Part shown: in pieces, positions 8,922 through 19,074 of the stretch
Position numbering within the stretch: the first letter of the stretch is position 1
Layout: each line of letters opens with the position of its first letter
From: Pyrinomonadales bacterium
GTDB taxonomy: Bacteria > Acidobacteriota > Blastocatellia > Pyrinomonadales > Pyrinomonadaceae
Direction of reading: 5' to 3'
DNA: 64,000 nucleotides
Assembly (NCBI GenBank): GCA_038230715.1
Contig: JBBRMS010000009.1
Span: 4,945 to 68,944, forward strand
Notes under the pieces: generated by a model
Seen by the model: the letters and a program-made list of their open reading frames with translations, nothing else
What the model was told of the DNA's origin: nothing
Database searches by the model: none
Position numbers and translations under genes: made by a program

Positions 8922-9347
8922 ATGAGCACATCATTTGAGCCACAAAGGGACGAGTCAGAAAAAAAAGAGGAGTTGATCATGCACGAAGGCGAAGCCGACC
9001 ACACCGACGACCGGGCGAACGTGAGTTCGTCCATGCGGGACATGGCCTCGCGCATTCCGGAACAGCTGTCAGCGATTGGCCGGGATATCAGCCGCACAAT
9101 TGAACGGGCCATTTCGGCCAAAGACGATTACATGCTCGCGGTGAAAGTGTCCCAGGATGCGCAGCATAAGCTGGGTCAACTGGTGCAGGCCGGCGTGTTT
9201 GGCACCAGGGCTGAAGCGGCGGCCTTTCTCATCGATGAGGGTATTAAGACTCAGGGCGCGCTATTTGAACGAGTGGAACTGAAGCTCGCCGAGATCGAGC
9301 GCCTGCGTGCCGAGCTGCGCGGCATGGTTGGCGAAAGAAAAGAGTAA
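8922..9347 (+). CDS. Hypothetical protein, acidic N-terminus, possible ribbon-helix-helix-like C-terminal half
   Basis: ATG 8922 is preceded by AAGGAG. MLAVKVSQDAQHKLGQLVQAGVFGTRAEAAAFLIDEGI looks like a strand-helix-helix, followed by a coiled-coil tail. Confidence 0.5.
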   Translation: MSTSFEPQRDESEKKEELIMHEGEADHTDDRANVSSSMRDMASRIPEQLSAIGRDISRTIERAISAKDDYMLAVKVSQDAQHKLGQLVQAGVFGTRAEAAAFLIDEGIKTQGALFERVELKLAEIERLRAELRGMVGERKE

Positions 9348-9380
9348 ACAAAGACCCTTTCACCAAGCCCGATAGTAATT

Positions 9381-9428
9381 CGCCCCATCCTGACCTTCTC
9401 AATATTGCAGGGTGGGGCGTCTTTGTTA
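9381..9428 (+). terminator. Rho-independent terminator
   Basis: CGCCCCATCCT...AGGGTGGGGCG stem followed by TCTTTGTT. Confidence 0.7.
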
Positions 9429-9494
9429 ATCGGGGGTCTGACGGGGTAAACTCTTAATCATAAGTTCTTCAAATATTGTTCAAATCACCGCGAT

Positions 9495-10940
9495 GTGCGG
9501 TTTGGATCGGGCTGTTACGTGCAGAAAACTTTTCAGGTTCCACACACCCCCATCGAAAAATACAGTTTAGCGAACGGCCTGCGCGTGGTCTTGAACGAAG
9601 ACCATTCCGTACCGGTCGTCTCGGTGGCGGTCTATTATGACGTCGGCTCGCGCAACGAACGCGAAGGCCGCACCGGCTTTGCTCATCTTTTCGAGCATAT
9701 GATGTTTCAGGGATCGGAAAACGTTCCCAAGGCCGCGCATTTTCAATACATCTCAAACGCCGGTGGCACCATGAACGGCACTACCTCAAGTGAACGAACA
9801 AACTATTTCGAGACCTTGCCGGCCAGCCAGTTGCCCCTGGCGCTGTGGCTCGAGAGCGATCGCATGCGGACGCTGAATGTGACGCAGGAAAACCTCGATA
9901 ATCAACGTTCGGCCGTGCAGGAGGAGAAACGGCTCCGCTATGACAACCAGCCGTACGTGAATGGATTTCTCCGGCTCTTTGAAATGTGTTTTCGCAACCA
10001 TGCGAATTCGCATTCGACGATCGGATCGATGGAAGACCTTGACGCCGCCACCGTCGAAGACGTGCGCGAATTCTTCCGCGTTTATTACGCGCCGAACAAC
10101 GCCGTGCTTTCGATTGCTGGTGATTTTGATATGGCGGCGACGCGATCGATGGTCGAACAATATTTCGCGACCATTCCCAGCCAGCCCGAACCACCTCCGG
10201 TGGACGTGAGTGAGCCAATTGAAATCGCGCAGCACAAGGATACCTTCCTCGACAAGCTGGCGCCGGTCCCCGCCTTCGCCCTCGGCTGGAAGATACCCGA
10301 GCGGCGCAGTCCGGACTTTTATGCCCTCTCGCTGGCCAGCCACCTGCTGTTCGAAGGCGAAAGCGCGCGGTTATATCAGAAGCTGGTCAAGGGCGAAGAA
10401 TCGGTCGTGCAAATCCAGGGTGGCATCGACGAGCGCCGTGGACCCTCGGGTCTCTTCATCGTCGTCATTCCCAAGCCCGACAGTGAGGGGGCACAGATTC
10501 GCGATGCAATCCTGACTGAGATTAGGAACCTCGCGACGCATGGACCCAGCGACGAAGAGATGGAGAAGCTGCGCAACAACCTCTTCAACAGCGCCGTGCG
10601 CAGCCGCCAATCGTCCCTATTCCGCGCCCAGCAGCTCGCCGAATTTACCTTGTACGACAACGACCCGGAACTGTTTAATTCGGATCTCGCCAACTACCTG
10701 AAAATTACGGCCGACCAGATCCGCGACGCGGTCCTGCAGTTTCTTAATACCGACAATCGCGTACTCCTGGAAATTGTACCGTCGCCACCGCAAGCTCCCG
10801 CCGCTGCGCCGTTGGAACCAGGCGAGAAGCAACAACCGACCGCGCCCCTGCCCCAGGTACCAGCCGCCCCCGATGATCCGGCGACGGGCACCCCAATTCT
10901 GCCGCCACCAGCATCTGAACCGGCAGTCGAATCGACTTGA
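9495..10940 (+). CDS. M16 family zinc peptidase (pitrilysin-like, active subunit)
   Basis: HxxEH motif in GFAHLFEHMMFQGS and the downstream E in NGTTSSERTNY. Pro-rich C-terminal tail. Exact start uncertain. Confidence 0.85.
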   Translation: MRFGSGCYVQKTFQVPHTPIEKYSLANGLRVVLNEDHSVPVVSVAVYYDVGSRNEREGRTGFAHLFEHMMFQGSENVPKAAHFQYISNAGGTMNGTTSSERTNYFETLPASQLPLALWLESDRMRTLNVTQENLDNQRSAVQEEKRLRYDNQPYVNGFLRLFEMCFRNHANSHSTIGSMEDLDAATVEDVREFFRVYYAPNNAVLSIAGDFDMAATRSMVEQYFATIPSQPEPPPVDVSEPIEIAQHKDTFLDKLAPVPAFALGWKIPERRSPDFYALSLASHLLFEGESARLYQKLVKGEESVVQIQGGIDERRGPSGLFIVVIPKPDSEGAQIRDAILTEIRNLATHGPSDEEMEKLRNNLFNSAVRSRQSSLFRAQQLAEFTLYDNDPELFNSDLANYLKITADQIRDAVLQFLNTDNRVLLEIVPSPPQAPAAAPLEPGEKQQPTAPLPQVPAAPDDPATGTPILPPPASEPAVEST

Positions 10941-10985
10941 TTCCTAATTGATATTTAATCTCGCAACCAAAGAACGGGCCTTTAC

Positions 10986-12386
10986 ATGACTGAGACCGAA
11001 GCCTTTCGCAGCAAAATGCCGCCGCCGCTCGCGCCACGGCCCCTGAATCTTCCTGAGCATGTCGAGATTACTCTTCCGAACGGCTTGGGTCTGGTCGTAG
11101 TTGAGGACAAGCGACTGCCGTTAATCAGTTTCAGACTGGCCTTTCGTTCCGGCGATGCAAACGATCCCGAAGAGTTGCCGGGCCTCAGCGATATGATGTC
11201 GAGCCTGCTGACCGAAGGCACGAAGAAGCGCAACAGCCGGCAGATCGCCGAAGAGGTTGAACGCTTCGGCGCGACCCTGGCCGTGGGATCGAGTTCCGAC
11301 TTCACCACCGTGGCCGCTTCGTCAATCTCGCTTTATGCCGATGAGATTCTGGATTTGATGGCTGACGTCACTTTGCATCCTTCGTTTCCTCAGAACGAAG
11401 TCGATCTGGCCCGCGAGAACACCAAGCAACTGCTGATTCAGCAGCGGGCTCAGCCGACCTTTCTCGCGTCTGAACGCCTGTCGCGGGTAGTGTTTGGGAA
11501 ACATCCCTATTCGCGCTTGTCGCCCACGCCCGAGATGCTGGACCTGATGACGCGCGACCACCTGGTTAAGTATAGAGAGGCCACGTACATTCCAAATAAC
11601 GCGGTCTTTATGGTAGTCGGTGACGTCGATCGCAACGAGATCATTGAACGCATCGAACAACTGTTTGGCGATTGGCAGCCGGGCGCTTTGCCAAAGCTGG
11701 ATCTACCGGCATTGCCTGGGCGGCACGAGCGTTCAGTCTATGTAGTTGATCGACCGGGTTCGGCCCAGTCGAACATCGTCATTGCAAATGTCGGGATTAC
11801 CAGGACCAACTCGGATTACTTTCCAATGCTCCTGATGCACACGATTCTGGGGGCCAATGCTTCGTCACGCCTGTTCATGAATCTGCGTGAGGAGAAGGGC
11901 TACACCTACGGCGCCTATTCAAATCTGGATGCGCGTCGCCTCGCGGGTACCTTCCGCGCATCCGCCGAGGTTCGCACTCCGGTAACCGGAGCTTCACTGC
12001 ATGAATTCTTTTTTGAGTTGGGACGGATTCGTGACGAGGAAGTCACCGCCGACGAACTGAAGAACGCCAAGGCCTATCTTTCCGGTGTCTTTCCCATCCG
12101 CATTGAAACTCAGGATGGACTCATCGATCAGTTGGTCAGTATTCGGATGTACGATCTGCCGCCCGACTATCTTGAAACCTACCGCGAACAGATTAATGCG
12201 GTAACTGCTGCCGACATTCAAAGAGTGGCCCAGGCCCACGTGACCCCCGATCGAGCCGCCGTCGTGATTGTGGGCGACGCCGCCGAGATTAACGAGCAGG
12301 TGAAGACCTATGCGGATAAGATCGAGGTTTACGATACGGAGGGGAAGCCGAAGGCAGGAGTCACTTCGCCGCCGAAAACCGGGTAA
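10986..12386 (+). CDS. M16 family peptidase-like protein (no HxxEH; probable non-catalytic partner)
   Basis: M16 fold blocks (LPNGLGLVVVEDKRLPLISF, FMNLREEKGYTYGAYS) without the zinc motif. It lies directly downstream of the active M16 gene. Confidence 0.8.
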   Translation: MTETEAFRSKMPPPLAPRPLNLPEHVEITLPNGLGLVVVEDKRLPLISFRLAFRSGDANDPEELPGLSDMMSSLLTEGTKKRNSRQIAEEVERFGATLAVGSSSDFTTVAASSISLYADEILDLMADVTLHPSFPQNEVDLARENTKQLLIQQRAQPTFLASERLSRVVFGKHPYSRLSPTPEMLDLMTRDHLVKYREATYIPNNAVFMVVGDVDRNEIIERIEQLFGDWQPGALPKLDLPALPGRHERSVYVVDRPGSAQSNIVIANVGITRTNSDYFPMLLMHTILGANASSRLFMNLREEKGYTYGAYSNLDARRLAGTFRASAEVRTPVTGASLHEFFFELGRIRDEEVTADELKNAKAYLSGVFPIRIETQDGLIDQLVSIRMYDLPPDYLETYREQINAVTAADIQRVAQAHVTPDRAAVVIVGDAAEINEQVKTYADKIEVYDTEGKPKAGVTSPPKTG

Positions 12387-12557
12387 TTCGACCGAGCCCT
12401 GCAAACTCTGCTGTCAAGCAAGCCTAACTAATCAAGGCGCCTTAGGGCGGTAGCACAGGCGCTTGGTGCAGCTAGTTAATGAGGTTTTGCAGAGACGCTG
12501 AAACTCCGCAAGTATGTGGAAAGGCGAAACGGAAATAGCGAAATGACGAAGCCATGT

Positions 12558-14741
12558 CTACGCTGCGCCCTGCAAACGCTCAACGTCAAGCACTCCGGTA
12601 ACTTTCTTGATCGAACTCATCACCTTATCCAGGTGCTTTACGTCGAACACTTCAACAGTCACTTCTATTCGTCCCTTTTGATCCGGGCCCACTGAAGCGC
12701 GCGCATCGCGAATTCCGGTCTTCATGTCAGAGATCGCTCCGGTGATTCCCGCGATCATTCCAGTCCGGTTCTCAGTCAACGCCAGCAACTTCACGGCGTA
12801 AGCTGTCTGCTCAGGTTTCGCAGCCCATTCCACACTCACGATTCGTTCGGGATTAATCATCAACTGCTTCACATTCTTGCAGCGCGCGGTGTGTACCGCC
12901 ACGCCTTTGCCGCGCGTGATGTAACCAATTATCTGTTCGCCGTGCAGCGGGTTGCAGCAGCGGGCCCGATTCACCATCAGGTCTTCGACGCCGCGCACCA
13001 CAATCGCGTCGTCTCCGGTAATTAATCGCTTTACCGCGCGCACCCCCGTGCGCAGGCGCGAGACTTTTTGATTGTCGAGCGCTTCAAATTTTTCCGGACC
13101 AAGGTATTTCGCGATGACGTTGCGCGGCACAATCTTGCCGTAACCCATCGCGGCCAGCAGATCATCAGTCCGACCGTAACCATACTCACCGGCAATGCGC
13201 TTAAGATCACCGTTGCCGGCACTCAGCATCTTCTTGGCCGAAAGCTGAAAGCGCCCAGCCTCCTTCTCGAAAAGCTTGCGTCCGATTTCGATCGACTCGG
13301 CGCGTTGCTGGTCCGCCACCCAGTGGCGCACGCGATTGCGGGCCCTTGAAGTGGCCACAAAGTTCAACCAGTCGCGTGACGGATGCGCATTACTGCTGCG
13401 AATTATCTCGACCATGTCGCCGTTTTGAATCAGCGTACGGAGCGGCACCATCCTGCCGTTGACGCGCGCACCGGTGCACGTATTGCCGACTTCAGAGTGA
13501 ATCATGTAAGCGAAATCAACCGTCGTCGCACCCCGCGGCAACTGAATTACTTTGCCCATGGGAGTGAACGCATAAACGTCCTTGGGATAGAGATCGAGTT
13601 TCAACGCATCGATGAACTCGCGCGAGTCTTTAACGTCCTGGGTCCATTCGACCAGGGAACGCAGGACCTTGAGAGCTTCGTCATCGTCTCGGGCTCCGCG
13701 GTTCCCTTCCTTGTACTTCCAGTGAGCCGCCACACCCTCCTCAGCGGTGACATGCATCTGTTCGGTGCGAATTTGAACTTCGAACGGCTGGCCCTTCGAG
13801 CCAATCACCGACGTATGCAAAGACTGGTAGAGATTGTCGCGCGGAGTGGCAATCCAGTCCTTGAAGCGTCCGGGTACGGGTTTCCAGGTGGTGTGAATCA
13901 CGCCGAGCGCCGCGTAACAGTCGCGAATCTCATTGGGCGTAATCACCCTGGCGGCAACCAGATCGAATACCTGTTCCAGCTCAATTTTCTGACGGGCCAG
14001 TTTCTTCCAAATCGAGTAGAGACGTTTGACGCGACCTTCGATGCGCACAAACGGGACGTCTGCTTCTTCCATCTTCTGCTGAATGGTTGAGGTGACATCG
14101 TTGAGGAATGCTTCGTTGGCTGCTCTTCGCTTTTCCATCTGGGCTGTCAGCTCGCGGTAATCTTCCGGGTGAAGATTCTTGAAGGCCAGATCTTCCAGTT
14201 CGCCACGCAGTTTGCCCATCCCCAGGCGGTGCGCGATGGGCGCGTAGATATCCATCGTCTCCTGGGCAATCCGCTGTCGCTTCTCAGGTGAAAGATACTC
14301 CAGCGTGCGCATATTGTGCAGACGGTCGGCGAGCTTCACCAGCACGACGCGCACGTCGTCGACCATCGCCAGTAACATCTTGCGCACGTTCTCAGCCTGT
14401 TGCTCTTCGCGCGAAACGCTACTGATGTGCGCAATCTTCGTCAGGCCCTCAACCAGATGCGCCACCTCTTCGCCAAAGTATTCGCGAATCGTCGCCGTGT
14501 CGGCGAGCGTATCTTCGACGACATCATGTAGCAGACCGGTGGAAACTGAGACGACATCCAACCGCATGTCGGCGAGAATATTGGCTACTTCCAACGGATG
14601 GACCAGGTAGGACTCGCCCGAAGCGCGTTTCTGACCTTTGTGTTCGCGGGCCGAGAACAAATAGGCACGCCGCAACAGATTGAGATCGGCCTGCGGATGA
14701 TTCCGTCTGACTTTCTCGCAGATTTCCTCTATTCGAACCAT
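12558..14741 (-). CDS. rel: Bifunctional (p)ppGpp synthetase/hydrolase (RelA/SpoT homologue)
   Basis: 727 aa with HD hydrolase motif HPLEVANILADMRLDVVSVSTGLLHDVVEDT, synthetase block YQSLHTSV, and TGS and ACT-like C-terminal regions. Confidence 0.95.
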   Translation of the reverse strand: MVRIEEICEKVRRNHPQADLNLLRRAYLFSAREHKGQKRASGESYLVHPLEVANILADMRLDVVSVSTGLLHDVVEDTLADTATIREYFGEEVAHLVEGLTKIAHISSVSREEQQAENVRKMLLAMVDDVRVVLVKLADRLHNMRTLEYLSPEKRQRIAQETMDIYAPIAHRLGMGKLRGELEDLAFKNLHPEDYRELTAQMEKRRAANEAFLNDVTSTIQQKMEEADVPFVRIEGRVKRLYSIWKKLARQKIELEQVFDLVAARVITPNEIRDCYAALGVIHTTWKPVPGRFKDWIATPRDNLYQSLHTSVIGSKGQPFEVQIRTEQMHVTAEEGVAAHWKYKEGNRGARDDDEALKVLRSLVEWTQDVKDSREFIDALKLDLYPKDVYAFTPMGKVIQLPRGATTVDFAYMIHSEVGNTCTGARVNGRMVPLRTLIQNGDMVEIIRSSNAHPSRDWLNFVATSRARNRVRHWVADQQRAESIEIGRKLFEKEAGRFQLSAKKMLSAGNGDLKRIAGEYGYGRTDDLLAAMGYGKIVPRNVIAKYLGPEKFEALDNQKVSRLRTGVRAVKRLITGDDAIVVRGVEDLMVNRARCCNPLHGEQIIGYITRGKGVAVHTARCKNVKQLMINPERIVSVEWAAKPEQTAYAVKLLALTENRTGMIAGITGAISDMKTGIRDARASVGPDQKGRIEVTVEVFDVKHLDKVMSSIKKVTGVLDVERLQGAA

Positions 14742-14749
14742 AAAAATTA

Positions 14750-14833
14750 AGTCAGTTGTCAGTTGCGCTTAGCAGTTGCCCATTCAATAGTCCCATGACC
14801 AACTGACGAACGACTGACAACTGACTAAGCGCA
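14750..14833. repeat. Simple-word inverted repeat (AGTCAGTTGTCAGT ... ACTGACAACTGACT, TGCGCTTAG ... CTAAGCGCA)
   Basis: Arms read at 14750-14763 / 14813-14826 and 14764-14772 / 14825-14833, immediately upstream of rel. Confidence 0.7.
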
Positions 14834-14835
14834 AG

Positions 14836-14880
14836 TATAACAAAATAGGTGACGCTCGACCCGAAAGCCTGCGTCACCTA
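14836..14880 (-). terminator. Rho-independent terminator of the exb/tonB/TPR transcription unit
   Basis: TAGGTGACGC...GCGTCACCTA stem. On the minus strand it is followed by TTTTGTTAT. Confidence 0.7.
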
Positions 14881-14925
14881 TTAGGAAACTAATTCGATTT
14901 AGCGCGGCGCGCTATTTTGCGATCA

Positions 14926-15777
14926 TCATGGAGTCGGTGAAGCCGCGGCAGCCTCAGCCGCCTCTTCCTTCTTGCGCCGGTCCTCAGCTAAAGCCCCGGC
15001 TCGCTTGCCGGCCACTTCGGCCTGCTTCTGATACTGAGACTTCAGGTCGGCTTTGCCGTCCATTTCTGCGAGTTTGGCAGCCTCCAGCAAGAGGTTCGTT
15101 TTGTAAGACCAGGCCGACTCGTTGTTGGGATCCATCTTGATTGCAGTTTCGGATTCCTCGAGTCCTCGCACCACACACTTCTGGGCGTTATCAAAATCCT
15201 TAGGATCCTTGGGCTTCTGGTATTTCACGCTGGGCTTGCCGCCCTCGTTGGAAGTGACCTTGACCTCCGGCAGTTCAGTGATACGGAAGGAGCAATCCCA
15301 GTCCTTGCCGCCCAGAATTGCGTATGCTTCAGCACGCTTCTCGGTAGGCATGCTGGAGTCGTTGGCCCGCTTCATGATCCATTCGCGCAGCTTGGTGTCA
15401 TCTTTGATCGCCGAATAAAGAACCGAAATCGCTTTGTAGGCCTCATCGTTGTTCGGATCTTTTTCGAGGATGTGTTTGTAGGCCTCGATGGCATCGCGGG
15501 CCTTGGCCACGTTCTCGGGGCTGTCAATGCCGGGCTTGTATTGCTGATGCGTGACCCGGGCGATAAAGACTGCGGCAGTCTTGTTGTCGGGATCGAGATA
15601 CAGCGCGCGTTTGGCGTGCTGCTCGGCTTCTTCGAAGTGTCCTTCTCTGTAGGCACGCGCCGTTTCGTTGAGCTCGTTCTTGGCCCTGATCTTATTGACG
15701 AGCGAGCAACCGGCGCCGGCACCGACAAACAAAGCCAGGATTGCTGTCGCGCCAACCCTGGACCAAGAGAGTCTCAT
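14926..15777 (-). CDS. TPR-repeat lipoprotein
   Basis: The start at MRLSWSRVGATAILALFVGAGAGCS gives a lipobox, and GGAG lies upstream. TPR-like repeats are present (AKRALYLDPDN, YKHILEKDPNNDEAY, IKMDPNNESAW). Confidence 0.75.
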   Translation of the reverse strand: MRLSWSRVGATAILALFVGAGAGCSLVNKIRAKNELNETARAYREGHFEEAEQHAKRALYLDPDNKTAAVFIARVTHQQYKPGIDSPENVAKARDAIEAYKHILEKDPNNDEAYKAISVLYSAIKDDTKLREWIMKRANDSSMPTEKRAEAYAILGGKDWDCSFRITELPEVKVTSNEGGKPSVKYQKPKDPKDFDNAQKCVVRGLEESETAIKMDPNNESAWSYKTNLLLEAAKLAEMDGKADLKSQYQKQAEVAGKRAGALAEDRRKKEEAAEAAAASPTP

Positions 15778-15879
15778 TCTATTAGCTCCGTTTTTAATAA
15801 AAGATGCCGCCCTGACCTTCGCGCAAAACGCGAAAGCCATCCGGCGGAAGAAATACCGGCGAATCGTTCCAGTTCTTAA

Positions 15880-16374
15880 CTACGGCAGATCGTCGACCTG
15901 CAAGCCGACCGGATTAGCACCGGCCCCTTTTATGGCGTCAATTACCTTTACGACGTCGCCATACTTCAGCGCCCGGGGCGCTTTTACGAACACCGTCTTC
16001 TCAATTTTTTGATCTTCCGGCACGGTGGATGTTTCCATGCCGACTTTATAAGCGTGCTGTTCCTTGCGCTGTAGGAATGTCTGCTGAAGTTTAGCCGCGA
16101 GCGCGCTGGTGTCGTTAACCGAACCCATGACATCCTGGTTCAGCTTGATTTGCAGATCCGGAGTGATCGAGACCACCAGCGTAAGTGGATTCGGTTTGAG
16201 ATTCTGGATGTTTTCGTTCGGGTCTCGCTGGGTCGGGATATCGGCCTTAAATCGACTCGGCTTGAGCGGCGTGACCACCATGAAGATGATTAGCAGCACC
16301 AGCAACACGTCAATCAGCGGCGTGACGTTGATATACGGAACAGCCCGATTACCGCTTCCTCCACTCATTCCCAT
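15880..16374 (-). CDS. exbD: ExbD/TolR family biopolymer transport protein
   Basis: INVTPLIDVLLVLLIIFMV anchor motif and a periplasmic domain. Confidence 0.9.
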   Translation of the reverse strand: MGMSGGSGNRAVPYINVTPLIDVLLVLLIIFMVVTPLKPSRFKADIPTQRDPNENIQNLKPNPLTLVVSITPDLQIKLNQDVMGSVNDTSALAAKLQQTFLQRKEQHAYKVGMETSTVPEDQKIEKTVFVKAPRALKYGDVVKVIDAIKGAGANPVGLQVDDLP

Positions 16375-16428
16375 AAACTTGTCCTCAATCTCTCTTTGCG
16401 AACACTATCGATAAACTTCAAACACGAA

Positions 16429-16881
16429 TCAAGTGGCCGGGGCCGCAACGGCTCCCTTTTTCTTGCGGTCAGCAACCAGCCCTATCTTATCGACGCCTTT
16501 TTCACGTACGGCGTTGATGACCTTCACCACTTCGCCATAGCTGACTTCGACGCCACTCTTGATGTAAACGATCTTATCTTCTTCCTTCTTATTTGCCAGA
16601 GCCTTCTCAACTGCGGCCTTCAGGTCGTCAAGACCGACCTTCTTCTTCGCAAGGTAATACTCTCCATCCTTGGGCACAGAGATAATGACCGAAGACTCCT
16701 TGTTTATGTTCTGATCTTCATCGGGGTTTCTCAGGTCGCGCGGAATCGCGACCGTTATGCCCTGCTGCAGAAACGGCGTGACCACCATAAAGATGATCAG
16801 CAGTACCAGCATGATATCGACCATCGGCGTGACGTTGATCTCTGAGGCAAATCCGCCGCCGCCACCAGCCTGCATTCCCAT
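16429..16881 (-). CDS. exbD: ExbD/TolR family biopolymer transport protein
   Basis: INVTPMVDIMLVLLIIFMV anchor motif. It is paralogous to the adjacent gene. Confidence 0.9.
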   Translation of the reverse strand: MGMQAGGGGGFASEINVTPMVDIMLVLLIIFMVVTPFLQQGITVAIPRDLRNPDEDQNINKESSVIISVPKDGEYYLAKKKVGLDDLKAAVEKALANKKEEDKIVYIKSGVEVSYGEVVKVINAVREKGVDKIGLVADRKKKGAVAAPAT

Positions 16882-16981
16882 AGCTTAAAGCTCCTTTCGC
16901 AGTCCAAGCCTGACGGGCAGAACGCCTCAGCGGAACACCGTAAGGGCACCCACCAGCGAAGCTTACCCGCCGCCTCGCGCG

Positions 16982-17758
16982 CTACGGTTTCAACTGTTTC
17001 GTCCGATTCTTGATGAAATAGTCAACCAACTCTGAAGCTGAGTTGTCCATTTCCACCACGAAGCCATCGACCTTGCCGGTAAAGTAGTTGAACAGCCAAA
17101 CTGCCGGAACCGCGACTACCAGACCAAGAGCAGTGGTAAAAAGCGCCTCGGAAATACCGCCGGCTACTGCCGCGATACCTGCCGTTTCGGCGTTCTTCAT
17201 GCCCCGGAAAGCGTTGATGATGCCGAACACCGTTCCGAACAAGCCTACAAATGGGGCGGTGGATCCAATCGTCGCCAGACCCGACAAGCCGCGACGAAAC
17301 TCGGCCGTCTTGATGGCGATCGCTCTTTGCAGAGCGCGCTTGGATGCCTCAATCTCGTCCCCTGAGATCTCATTCGATTGCTCGTGTGCGCGGAACTCCT
17401 GCAGTCCACTGTTAACCACCATCGCGAGGTGCGACTTGCGGTGCTTGTCGCTGATGTTAATGGCCTCTTCGATGCGATTGTTCTTCAGTGCCTGGGCCAC
17501 GCGTGGTGCAAACTCGCGAGACTGCTTCTTGGCTGCCGTATAGGTCAGGTAGCGTTCCACCATGATGGCAATCGAGTACACAGACATGATCAAGAGAATG
17601 ATCACGACCGTGATTGCCACGGCGCCCATGTTCTTGACCATCTCGGTGAGTGTGAACTCACTGCCCGTCGATGCCGCCGTGGACGGACTAGGAGTCTGCC
17701 AGAGAAAAAGAAGAAAGCCCATTGCTTTCGTTCCGAGGATGCTTGTCAAAATAGTCAC
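16982..17758 (-). CDS. exbB: MotA/TolQ/ExbB proton-channel protein
   Basis: C-terminal block LATIGSTAPFVGLFGTVFGIINAF...GISEALFTTALGL. Confidence 0.9.
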   Translation of the reverse strand: MTILTSILGTKAMGFLLFLWQTPSPSTAASTGSEFTLTEMVKNMGAVAITVVIILLIMSVYSIAIMVERYLTYTAAKKQSREFAPRVAQALKNNRIEEAINISDKHRKSHLAMVVNSGLQEFRAHEQSNEISGDEIEASKRALQRAIAIKTAEFRRGLSGLATIGSTAPFVGLFGTVFGIINAFRGMKNAETAGIAAVAGGISEALFTTALGLVVAVPAVWLFNYFTGKVDGFVVEMDNSASELVDYFIKNRTKQLKP

Positions 17759-17864
17759 GGTAACTCCTCCAAAAGGTTTTGATTACATTAATTCCTGACC
17801 GGCAGTTAAGACCGAGCGCTGGCAGCTCTCGGTTTTTCTGGAGCGAACCAGCGCGCCGGATTAT

Positions 17865-18653
17865 TTACTGCGCTACAAAGTTGTAGATGATTACGCCATT
17901 TACCTTTACCGGCTGACCGGAAAGCTTGGTTGGCGTAAATTTCGATGCTCGCGCGGCATTAGTTGCCGCTGCCTGCAACAAAGGATGCCCGGACGTTGCG
18001 TGTGCCGCGACCACGTTGCCATTTTCGTCAATCAGCACCTGCACCACGACCTGACCTGAAGCATGCGCACTGCGAGCGATTGGCGGATAAGGCGGTTGCA
18101 CCAGACGCACGGCCTTGCCGTTGAGCACTCCACCGGATATCGGCGCGTGCGGTGTCGGCTTGGGTGGTGGCGGTGGCGGTTCGTCCTTGATCTCAACCTT
18201 CGCCGGGGCGTTGGAAATAATCTGACCCGTGCCAGTTCCCGGCGCCATTGGCGCGGCCGCGTTAGAGTTGCCAGAGCCCACCATCGTCACGACGCCCTTC
18301 CGAACCGGGGGCACGTCGCTGGCCTTTGCTGAAATCTCTTTCGGCACCAGATCCGCACGCGTAACATCGGCCACCAGCTCTCGCCGCACATCAACGTTCT
18401 GATTGATGTTGACCTGCTTCTCAGGCTTAGGTGCTTCCTGTTTCTGTTGTTGCTGCTGCGGAACCGGAACCGGGGCGATCAAGGCCGTCAACTCGAGCGT
18501 CTGTTGGTCAATATTTGCGGTCGCCCACCAAATACCCGCGACGAAAGCCGCGAGCAGCAGCACGGCATAAATGGCCATCGTCACGAGGATAAACGAACCC
18601 TTGCGGGCCACATCCTTACTGTGCGAGCCAGACTCAACCAGGTTTTCGAACAT
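17865..18653 (-). CDS. tonB: TonB family energy transducer
   Basis: The start at MFENLVESG (ATG 18653) is preceded by GGGAGGA. It has a single TM segment, a Pro-rich spacer EPPPPPPKPTPHAP, and the TonB C-terminal domain PPYPPIARSAHASGQVVVQVLIDENGNV. The 83 aa upstream in the ORF track look non-native. Confidence 0.85.
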   Translation of the reverse strand: MFENLVESGSHSKDVARKGSFILVTMAIYAVLLLAAFVAGIWWATANIDQQTLELTALIAPVPVPQQQQQKQEAPKPEKQVNINQNVDVRRELVADVTRADLVPKEISAKASDVPPVRKGVVTMVGSGNSNAAAPMAPGTGTGQIISNAPAKVEIKDEPPPPPPKPTPHAPISGGVLNGKAVRLVQPPYPPIARSAHASGQVVVQVLIDENGNVVAAHATSGHPLLQAAATNAARASKFTPTKLSGQPVKVNGVIIYNFVAQ

Positions 18654-19074
18654 CCTTCTGTCCTCCCAAAATCGGTGCCAAATGGGTCCAGGCTTATAAT
18701 TACGTACTAGAAGATCGCGACAACCAACCCAGCGTTCGAAATCCGCTTGATGACTACTAAGAAGAGGGAATTGCAGCGGAAAGATCCGGCGCCTTCTTTG
18801 GTCGCGCCATGTCGTTGAACCCAGCCACAATGCGAGACACAAAGAAACTGGCCATCTCAACGTACAAACCACCGTGCATCCTACCCCTTGAAGCCAGGGC
18901 ACGATAACGAGCGTATTTAATTGGCCAGCAACGTCTGCAGTCTATGCCGCAATTGCTCGCAAAGTCAAGAACAAATCAGAATGCAAAACAGCATCTTTGG
19001 GCGTCTTAACCACGCACGTTGCCGGAAAAAGTACACGGCATGTTAGACCCCGGGGACGGGTCATTGGTTCCCGC

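Noticed and set aside
17865-18902. N-terminal extensions proposed by the ORF track for tonB (83 aa). The same issue applies to der (58 aa), kdsD (30 aa), the DUF616 gene (42 aa), GH5 (26 aa), the TPR lipoprotein (21 aa), and proteins A, B, C and E.
   Set aside because: The extensions look non-native, being Cys/Arg/Trp-rich. They would bury the signal peptides or the conserved N-terminal motifs. Internal ATGs with Shine-Dalgarno-like sequences give canonical N-termini.
18654-19074. Cobalamin or another known riboswitch upstream of the tonB cluster.
   Set aside because: I could not find the conserved B12-box or other core motifs by eye. It is kept only as an uncharacterised long leader.
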